Shown: one piece after another, positions 54,596-64,000 of the stretch
Layout of the letters: every line of letters begins with the position of its first letter
Numbering within the stretch: the stretch's first letter is position 1
Source: Phyllobates terribilis
Lineage: Eukaryota
Length of the DNA: 64,000 nt
Direction of reading: 5' to 3'
NCBI RefSeq assembly: GCF_046119375.1
Contig: NW_027362764.1
Span: 383,594,001 to 383,658,000 of the forward strand
Translations under genes and position numbers: made by a program
Notes under the pieces: generated by a model
What the model was told of the DNA's origin: nothing
Database searches by the model: none
What the model saw: the letters and a program-made list of their open reading frames with translations, nothing else

Positions 54596-56379
54596 TAAAT
54601 GCTTCTCACTAAATTAAAATATTATCAAAAAGTAAATTTTTTTCAATTCTTCAATACAAAAAGTACTTATATATTATATAGAGTCAATACAAGCAGAGTG
54701 ATCTATTTCAAGTGTTTATTTCTGTCAATGTTGATGATTATGGCTTACAGCCAATGAAAACACAAAAGGCATTATCTCAGTAAATTAGAATAATTAACAA
54801 AAAACACCTGTAAAAGCTTCCGATGCATTTAAAAAGGTCCCTTAGTCTGTTTCAGTAGGCTCCACAATCATGGGGAAGACTGCTGACTTGACAGATGTCC
54901 AGAAGGCAGTCATTGACACACTCCACAAGGAGTTTAATCCACAAAAGGTCATGGTAGGAAAAAGTGCACAAGCAACCAGGATAACCGCAGCCTTGAAAGG
55001 ATTGTTAAGAAAAGACCATTCAAACATTTGGGGGAGATTCACAAGGAGTGAACTGCTGCTGGAGTCATTGCTTTAAGAGCCACCACACACAGATGTATCT
55101 AGGACATGTGCTACAACTGTCGCACTCCTTGTCCAAGCCACTCATGACCAATAGACAATGCCAGAAGCGTCCTACCTGGGCCAGGGAGAAAAAGACCTGG
55201 ACTGTTGCTCAGTGGTCCAAGGTGTTGTTTTCAGATGAAAGTAAATTTAGCATTTTATTTGGAAATCAAGGTCTCAGAGTCTGGAGGAAGAGTGGAGAGG
55301 CACACAATCCAAGCTACTTGAGGTCTAGTGTGTAGTTTGCAAAATCAGTGATGGTTTGGGGAGCCATGTCATCTGCTGGTGTAGGTTCACTGTGTTTTAT
55401 CAAGCCCAAAGTCAGCGCAGCCGTCTACCAGGAAATTTTAGAGCACTTCATGCTTCCCTCTGCCGACAAGCTTTTTGGAGATGGAAATTTCATTCTCCAG
55501 CAGGACTTGGCACCTGTCCACACTACCAAAAGTACCAATACCTGGTTTAGAAAAAACAGTATCACAGTGCTTGATTGGCCAGCAAACTCACCTGACCTTA
55601 ACCCATAGAGAATCTATGGGGTATTGTCAAGAGGAAGAGGAGAGACACCAGACCCAACAATGCAGACGGGCTGAAGGCTGCTATCAAAGCAACTTGGTCT
55701 TCCATAACACCTCAGCAGGGCCACAGGCTGGTCGCCTCCATGCCACGCCGCATTGATGCAGTAATTGATGCAAAAGGAGCCCTGACCAAGTATTGAGTGC
55801 ATTTACTGAACATACATTTCAGTAGGCCAACATTTCAAATTTTAAAAACATTTTCAAGCTGTTGTTATAAAGTATTCTAATTTACTGAGATAATGACTTT
55901 TGTGTTTTCATTGGCTGTAAGTAGGGTTGAGCGAGTATGCTCTGTTCCGAGTATGCTCGGGCCAAGCTCCGAGTATTTATAGCTGCTCGATGATATGGTT
56001 GAATCGCTCCTGTGTGCATGATTTGCAACTGTTTGACAGCTTTATTACATGTGAGGAATGTGTAAGAAATAGACATTCCTCACATGTAATAAAGCGGTCA
56101 AACAGTTGCAAATCATGCACACGGGAGCAATTCCGCCATATCACCGAGCAGCTATAAATACTCGGAGCTCGGCCCGAGTGTACTCGGCGAAAGGGTTAAT
56201 AGAACATACTCGCTCAACACTAGCTGTAAGCCATAATCATCAACATTAAAAGAAGTAAACACTTGAAATAGATCACTCTGCTTGTTATGACTCTATATAA
56301 TATGAGTTTCACTTTTTGTATTGAAGAAAGGAAATAAATTAACTTTTTGTTGATATTCTAATTTAGTGAGAAGCACTTG
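54596..56379 (+). mobile_element. Decayed DD34E Tc1 element with long TIRs
   Basis: MGKTADLT.., FSDESKF, QQD..34 aa..E with frameshifts; the left TIR (54596-54810) is mirrored at 55860-56379. Confidence 0.85.
55922..56222. mobile_element. hAT MITE, 301 bp, palindromic
   Basis: TIRs TAGGGTTGAGCGAGTATG / CATACTCGCTCAACACTA; 8-bp TSD GCTGTAAG; inserted in the Tc1 right TIR. Confidence 0.95.
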
Positions 56380-57691
56380 TAGCTATACACATTAAAAATT
56401 GGGAAATTTTGAAGGATAAAAGGTTTGATCATTTGGATAAAAGGTTTGATCAACATGCCCAATCCTTTGTTATTATTGTGTCTGACAGGTGCCTGGCAGA
56501 AGCTTCTCCTCTTACTACATGTGCCTGTTTGGCCGGGTCAAGCTATAAATAGAGTAGAACTAGATTATGTGTCAAATAATCCAATAAAGAGTAAAAGCAA
56601 CAGGTCATGAGCTATGTGATCCTCAGATGGATTTCGGTGGACAAGTCTTACTGCTCTTATAGACCATGACTAAATACAAGCCCAAGAGATCCCATATGAT
56701 ACTCACATCGCATGATGAGCAATGGGCCATTGCAATACTTGCTAAATACAATAGAAATATGTGTTTGTTTTTTAAAGACAGTTACTAATTTTACTTCAAA
56801 CTGGGAACCCTTTCATTGCAATGTCATTTTACTTTCATGTATCTTAGTACATTGCTTAGTCATCGCTGAATAATGTCCTTACTGTATTCAGTACAGTTTT
56901 CAAATTATAACATCCTAATATTTTTTCTAGAGGTCTTTTTGATACTTGCAAAGTCTTGTAATCTTCGGTCTGATTCTAGCACTGAAAGGGCGAATTTGTA
57001 AAGAGAAGCAGAGAGAACTTTGAAAGTGATTTTATGGAAAGTTAAAGCTTACGGGAGCTCCGCCAAAAGAAATAAAGTGTTGACATACTTGAATTATTTA
57101 AACTGCCGTGTAGCTTTAGAAGACACTTTCAAATAAAACAGCCAGATACATTCAAGAACAGCATGGATTTTTCCTTTTCAATAGAAGTTTTATAGCCTGT
57201 AGTTTTGCAGGTGCATTCTTTTATTATATTACAGTCCCGTAGGGGATCAATGTGTATTGCAATGATGATATAAATATGCACCCCATAGCCACTTTATTAG
57301 GTACACCTTTTTAGCACCTTTTTATTTCTTAGGTTGTGTTGTTCAAAACTGTCTGGAATTGAACATCTTAAATTCTTTCAAAATTGGCTCAATTTCCCAC
57401 ACTAAAATATGTGTTAGTATCCCTGCAACTTTTAAAAAGCTTTGTCCTTTAACATCCAGTCTGAATAAGGGGTTGATTTGCATTCAATATAAAATAAAAA
57501 ACTGCACCCCAAGCTCCGCTCAATGGAAAAAATGCTGCATTATTTCCGGCATGCAATGTTATGAAAATAGGCAGAATAGAAAAGGTAAGCTCCAGTACTA
57601 GAGATCAGGGGCGGACGTGTCATTGGTGCAGCCACACAGGGGCCCAAGAGGTAAGGGGCCATTTCCATTTCCACCAAAGCAGGTGGGATTA

Positions 57692-59232
57692 CACTGTGTG
57701 CAGAATTATTAGGCAAGTTGTATTTTACAGGATTATTTTTATTATTGATCAACAACTATGTTCTCAATCAACCCAAAAGACTCATAAATATCCAAGCTTA
57801 ATATTTTTGGAAGTTGGAGTGGTGTTTTTTTTAGATTTGGCTATCTTAGGAGGATATCTGTTTGTGCAGGTAACTATTACTGTGCCGAATTATTAGGCAT
57901 TTTAATAAAAAACAAATATAATCCCATCTCACTTGCTTATTTTCACCAGGTAAACCAATATCAATGCACAAAATTTAGAAATAAACATTTCTGACATGTA
58001 AAAAAAAAAAAAAAAAAATTAGTGATCAATATAGCCACCTTTCTTTATGATGACACTCAACAGCCTTCCATCCATAGATTCTCTCAGTTGCTTGATCTGT
58101 TTTCGATCAACATTGCGTGCAGCAGCCACCACAGCCTCCCAGACACTGCTCCGAGAGGTGTACTGTTTTCCCTCCCTATAGAACTCACATTTTATGATGG
58201 ACCACAGGTTCTCTATGGGGTTCAGATCAGGTGAAAAAGGGGGCCATGTCATTATTTTTTCTTCTTTTAGACCTTTACTGGCCAGCCATGCTGTGGAGTA
58301 GTTGGATGCATGTGATGGAACATTGTCCTGCATGAAAATCATGTTTTTCTTGAACGATACCGACTTCTTCCTGTACCACTGCTTGAAGAAGTTGTCTTCC
58401 AGAAACTGGCAGTAGGTCTGGGAGTTGAGCTTCACTCCATCCTCAACCTGAAAAGGTCCCACAAGTTCATCTTTGATGATACCAGCCCATACCAGTACCC
58501 CACCTCCACCTTGCTGGTGTCTGAGTCGGAGTGGAGCTCTCTGCCCTTAACAGATCCAGCCTCTGGCCCATCCATCTGGCCCATCAAGAGTCATTCTCAT
58601 TTTATCAGTCTATAAAAGCTTTGAAAAATCAGTCTTAAGATATTTCTTGGCCCATTCTTGACGTTTTATCTTATGTTTCTTGTTCAAAGGTGGTCGTTTT
58701 TCAGCCTTCCTTACCTTGGCCATGTCCCTGAGTATCACACACCTTGTGCTTTTTGATACTCCAGTAACATTGCAGCTCTGACATATGGCAAAACTGGTGG
58801 CGAATGGCATCTTGGCAGCTTCACGCTTGATTTTCCTCAATTCATGGGCAGTTATTTTGCGCCTTTTTTGGCCAACACGCTTCTTGCGACCCTGTTGGCT
58901 ATTTGCCATGAATCGCTTGATTGTTCGGTGATCACGTTTCAAAAGTTTGGAAATTTCAAGACTGCTGCATCCCTCTGCAAGACATCTCACAATTTTGGAC
59001 TTTTCAGAGCCCGTCAAATCTCTCTTCTGACCCATTTTGCCAAAGGAAAGTAAGTTGCCTAATAATTAGGCACACCTTATTCAACACCCCTCCTCATTAC
59101 AGAGATGCACATCACCAGATTTACTTAATTGGTAGTTGGCTCTCAAGCCTATGCAGCTTGGAGAAGGACAACATGTATAAAAAGTATCATGTGATCAAAA
59201 TACTCATTTGCCTAATAATTCGGCACACAGTG
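57692..59232 (-). mobile_element. Full-length DD37E (TRT-type) Tc1-like element, inactivated
   Basis: TIRs CACTGTGTGC(A/C)GAATTATTAGGCAA, TA TSDs; coding span 58019-59035 stays in frame but has nonsense codons (TAG near 58610, TAA near 58548); QDN..37 aa..E. Confidence 0.92.
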
Positions 59233-59957
59233 TATGTATTTTGATGAGCTATTAAACTGCAAAAGGCCTATATATTGTTCTTGCACAGGGACCCTCTTCT
59301 GCCTGTATCCACCAGTGTTGGCGATCCATACCGGTTTTGTGTTTTATGGATCCATAATACGATGCTACTGATATACTGTTGTTTTAACAAAAGTGTATAA
59401 TACGACATGTCACCTTTTTTTGCACTGTATATAAAAAATTAATCATGCCCATACTTTTTCTCCCTGTAATAAAAGTGCATCAATAAAAAAAACTGAAAAT
59501 ATGGAAATAGAACTACCAACCATATGAATGTAAATCCAGCATGGTAGAAGGTATACTAAAATATAACTTTTAATGTAAATATATTAAAATAGCCGCATGG
59601 CTCAAGTAAAAAGACAATGGACAAGAAAAACCAACAAACGACACACAAAAACTTCAGTCACCAACCCAGGAGGGGAAGGGTAAACATGCCCATAATTGCG
59701 ACCCCCCCCTAGCAAAATGGCAGTGACATATAAATAATTGAGAAAGGAACAATCTCACCATTAGTTGAAGTATGGCCTTACTCAAGGTGACAGAAGATCC
59801 CCACCAGCTGGTATTTCATCCAGAGAGGCACAATCCACAGAGGAGATATAAAGCAAACATTGGGGGGGGGGGGGGAGTCACCCACACAATACCCATAAAG
59901 AAATATCTCATGTATAGATGATGAGCCGGGGATCTATTGTACATGTCCCATAAGGTT

Positions 59958-60000
59958 TCCCATTTCCTACGAGTTTCGTTAGTTACTCATCAGGGGATAG
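59958..60000 (-). ncRNA. Minimal type I hammerhead ribozyme remnant
   Basis: The minus strand reads CTGATGA GTAACTAAC GAAA CTCG TA GG: conserved core with a 2-bp stem II. Stem III and stem I are imperfect. Confidence 0.6.
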
Positions 60001-61037
60001 TGGGGGGAGAAGGGACCACTGTATTGGCACAGCAGGAAAGGATTCCCAAAAAGTATAACAGGGAATTACATGTGCTGCATACACAAATCGATTGGTGGCG
60101 TTTTTAAATATGCTCACTTCTGGCGCCAATTACAAGCATCAGACGTCACTTTCATGTGACGCATCACGGTGCCCTCGCATCCAGACACAGGGCGCAGGCA
60201 TTAGTATGTAATGCATTCCAAGCTGGAACGCATAGACGGATGCTCGCGTCAGAGGGGAACCGGAAGGGGCGGGACAAACACACGACCTCCGGAACACTGC
60301 ACTCCAAGCTGGAACACACCGGCAAATCCTGCGCAAGAGTGTCACCGCCATATTAGCAAGGGGATGCACGCATCAAACAGCCTGCGTTCCATCAGGGACA
60401 CCCAACTGATATATGAATACATAAATCAGGCGCCAATGCCATAACATCCACAAATATAAAAGGGTGGACAGGGAAGGAGAGCATCCAGTAGGGATATAAA
60501 TTCGTGTCCATCTGGATAATATTATAACAATCTTCAATGTAAGCCATAATGCTTATTCAAAACAATGAGTCTCAAATGTTGATTATGAAGGACAAGGAAG
60601 CATCATAAATACACAATGAGTATCTCAGAACTTTATAAAATTACAAGGGTACAATCAGCAATAGTACAAAAAACCATAGTAACAATCACCCAAATAATTT
60701 TAGCAAATAGAGTCCTACAACCCAGGGTATAACACACCCAGGGGAGGACAAAGTTTATTAACGTGGTAGTTGAGGCGGGCCAAGTACCCAAGGGTCATGA
60801 AGGGACATAGACAAAATGTATTGTAGACAGGCAGGTACACAGATGGACCACCGAGATGGAGATTGAGGAGGAAGAAGAAAAAAAGGGGGGGATGCCCTAA
60901 TATACCCTAGTTAAGCTATTCTGACAACCTACCTAACAGCGGAGGTTGGCACCCTAGGGGACAACGAGAATGGCGCCCCCGCTCCATGGCGGCTCTCCCT
61001 AAATATCCTTAATAGGCCCTAACTAAGGGAAACAGAT

Positions 61038-64000
61038 TTAAAGGAAACAGCCAAACGTTAGTGTCTCATTGACGCCCAGTGGAGATTGGGTTTTGAGACA
61101 AAAAATCCATCTGGTCTCACATTGAAGGATTTGTTTGTCCCAGTTGCCACCCCGTAAAGGGACATTGACCTTATCGATTCCCATGAAAGTCAACAGTGAA
61201 TCGTCACCCCCATGTACTATGTTAATATGTCTTGCAAGGGGGTATCCCTTTTATTAGCGATGTCTCTCAAATGTTCCTCAATTCTTCTTCGAAATTCACG
61301 GGTGGTCTTTCCTATATATTCTAGCCCACATCCGCATGTAGCATTAAAAATGACCCCCTTCGTGCGACAATTAATAAAGGAACGAATGGTATACTCTTTC
61401 CCTGTGACATTACTGGAGAATTTCTTTCCTGTTTTCAGGACCCGACAAGCGATGCAACCACCGCATCTATAACAGCCCTTAATATTACTAGATGTTAACC
61501 AAGTAGAATGACGAGGGGGGACAAAATGACTGTGAACCAGTCTATCACCAATGGAACGGCCTCTATTGAAGGTAATTAGAGGGTGCGAGCCAATGAGTTC
61601 GCCAATATCGGTGTCCATCTGTAGTACCTGCCAATGTCTCGGCAGGATAGAACGAACCTCCTGCGAGCTGTTGTCGTAAGTAGTAATATAGCGAATAGAC
61701 GTCTGTTCCTTTTCTTTCGGTTTAGGAACCAATAATGATGTTCTGTCCCTAGACTTAGAGTCATTATAAGCTTTTTTAAGGATGCCATCAGGGTACCCCC
61801 TATCATGAAAGCGCTGTCTAAGATCCCTTGCCTGTCTCTCAAAGGATTCAGGCAAGGAACAGTTTTGCCGGGCTCGAAGGTATTGTCCCTTAGGAATACC
61901 CTTTTTCTGGGAAGTGGGATGGTTGCTATCCCATCATAACAGGGAATTAGAGGAAGTAGATTTCCTATAAGTTTCTGTTGACAAATGCCATTCTGGTGTG
62001 TTTTGGATCATGATGTCCAAAAATGCCAATTCGGTGTCATGACAATCATGTGTGAAATGTAGTCCCAGAGAATTCTTGTTCAGAAATGCGACAAACTGAG
62101 AAAAACTAGCCTGGTCTCCCTTCCAGATGACCAGGATGTTATCAATGTATCTTGTCCAAAGGACAATATGGTGGGTCCCCTCCATTTCTGTTTCTCCGAA
62201 AACTACTGTTTCTTCCCACCATCCCAGGAGCAAATTAGCATAAGCGGGGGCACAGGGGCTCCCCATCGCTGTGCCCTTGAGCTGGTGGTAGAACTGTCCT
62301 TCAAATATAAAAAATTTTTTGGTGAGACAAAATTCTAACAGAGATAGGAGAAAGGTGTTGTGACCTGTACATTGGCGACCTCGACTCTGTTGAAAGAAAC
62401 ATATTGCCTCGAGTCCTTTAGAGTGTATAATAGATGAGTAGAGTGCCTCCACATCTATACTACACAGGATTGTGTCAGGTTCCAGAGTAATACCATCCAA
62501 TTTTCTCAACAAATCCATACAGTCTCTGGTGTATTAATTTAAGGATGTAACAAATGGTTGTAATAAAGTATCCAAATATATGCCGACATTTTGACATAGA
62601 CTCCCTACACCAGAGACTATAGGTCTCCCCTTAAGGGGCGTTAGGCCCTTGTGTATTTTGGGGAGACAATAAAACGTTGCCATAATCGGATGTCGAGGAA
62701 GAATAAAATTGAACTCCTTTTTGTCAATAAAGTTATTGTTCAATCCATCAAGCAAAATATCTTTAAGCTGAGCTAAAAAGATGGTCGTGGGATTAGAGGA
62801 TAATTTGGTATAGCTGGTAGTTAGATACATCCATAATGACTATATTTCCACCCTTGAACAAATAAAGTAGCACACTGTAACACTGAGTATATAGATATGA
62901 AATATGAATAGCATAACTAGTTTTTGTAGTGGAAGTGCCGTCATTTTCTTTGTTACTAGATTTAGCGTTGACTGAGCACTCCACCCCCACCCCCATGCCG
63001 CAGGTGGTTTTAAATGCATCAGGATCTGTCTTTCCCACACATAAGCAGACGGAGGTCTCTTAGAGAGGTATTCACATTGGTAGGTCCTGACATCGAGAAA
63101 CGCCTTACCGCGGCTGTCAGGTACACATGAATTGGCCAATTTATGCGCTAAGATTTCTCATTTATTTACAGCAGTAATGCTATTCATTTTCCATACTTCA
63201 TATTTACATGCGCTAAAAAAAATTTTTTCAAAAATTTTTTCATTTATTTCTATTTTCTACAGCAGTTATGCTATTCATATTTCATATCTATATACTCAAT
63301 GTTACAGTGTGCTACTTTATTTGTTCATTATATATGGAGGTAGCTGCTCTTAGTAAGCTCCTGTTCACACCTAGTTTTTGTAGTGGAAGTGCCGTCATTT
63401 TCTTTGTTACTATATTTCCACCCTTGTCTGATGGTTTGATGACAATCTGTGAATCTATCTCAAGGTTATGTAGGGCTTCCATTTCAATTTTAGATAGGTT
63501 CCATCTGCCTGTTCTATTTTGTGTTTTTATTTGTTCTAGATCTCTGGTGACCAATTCAAGGAATACATCAGTAGTAGATAAGTCATTCTGAGGAGGAGGC
63601 ATTTTGACACTTTTTAATTTTAAATTAGTGAAAGGGCCTTCACCTGTATTGACTGGAATAGGGTCAGATAAATTGTAAAGGAATCTTACATCTGAAAGAA
63701 GAGAATCTGGAATACCAATATCCCTGCATGTACGTTTATCTTCCCTGATAAAGTGTTTCCGCCATTTAAGTTTCCTTGCAAACAGGTGGCGGTCTCTGAC
63801 CCCCTCAAATAGACGGAAGTCAGATGTGGGGACAAATGAGAGACCTTTGTCTAAAATATGTTTATCAAGAGGGTTTAAGATTTTTTTAGATAAATTATTG
63901 ACTTGGGGTTTACAGGACTGAACTAGTTGTTGGTTCTCTTCCTGAGAAAGTACCCTTGGTCTAAAAAATGGGTACCCGAAGGTCTCTCGTTTGAACGTCC
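61038..64000 (-). pseudogene. Penelope-like RT/GIY-YIG ORF, frameshifted and interrupted
   Basis: ORF-track pieces 63312-63602, 62534-62830, 61934-62518 and 61217-61855 are consecutive parts of one protein. Confidence 0.88.

Larger units (their letters stand above)
59510..64000 (-). mobile_element. Penelope-like element (RT plus Cys-rich linker plus GIY-YIG; Neptune-like), disrupted, runs off the window
   Basis: KPSDKGG, YCLPKIHK, GRPIVS, DVEALYSSI, GTAMGSPCAP, WTRYID; CYRCGGCIAC linker; EYIGKT..RRRIEEH; stop at 61038-61040. The left boundary is approximate. Confidence 0.9.

Noticed and set aside
63080-63110. CCTGACATCGAGAAACGC as a second hammerhead
   Set aside because: Lacks the CTGANGA core spacing and a cleavage triplet with stem I.

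Overview
Eukaryotic, almost certainly anuran (frog) genomic DNA; the taxon is inferred from the transposon repertoire and from recalled amphibian 18S sequence. No host gene is confidently identifiable, and the window is nearly all nested transposable elements. The dominant structure is two highly similar copies of a ~9.7 kb hAT (Ac-type) DNA transposon in inverted orientation: 1-8779, cut off by the window edge, and 43399-53093, complete with an 8-bp TSD. Each copy encodes an uninterrupted ~1230-aa BED-finger DDE transposase. Each also carries identical cargo: a DD37E Tc1-like element, an L1 RT fragment split by a Gypsy solo LTR, and, most unexpectedly, a ~280-bp 18S rRNA gene fragment near the 3' end. 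Between and beyond these copies lie a young three-LTR Gypsy element (gag, -1 frameshifted pol, tRNA-Ser PBS), an intact IR/DR Tc1 element, several solo LTRs, an L2-like LINE, V-SINE pieces, piggyBac/pogo/hAT non-autonomous elements, decayed Tc1 copies, and a Penelope-like element with a hammerhead-ribozyme remnant. All alignments were done by eye; no database searches were run.
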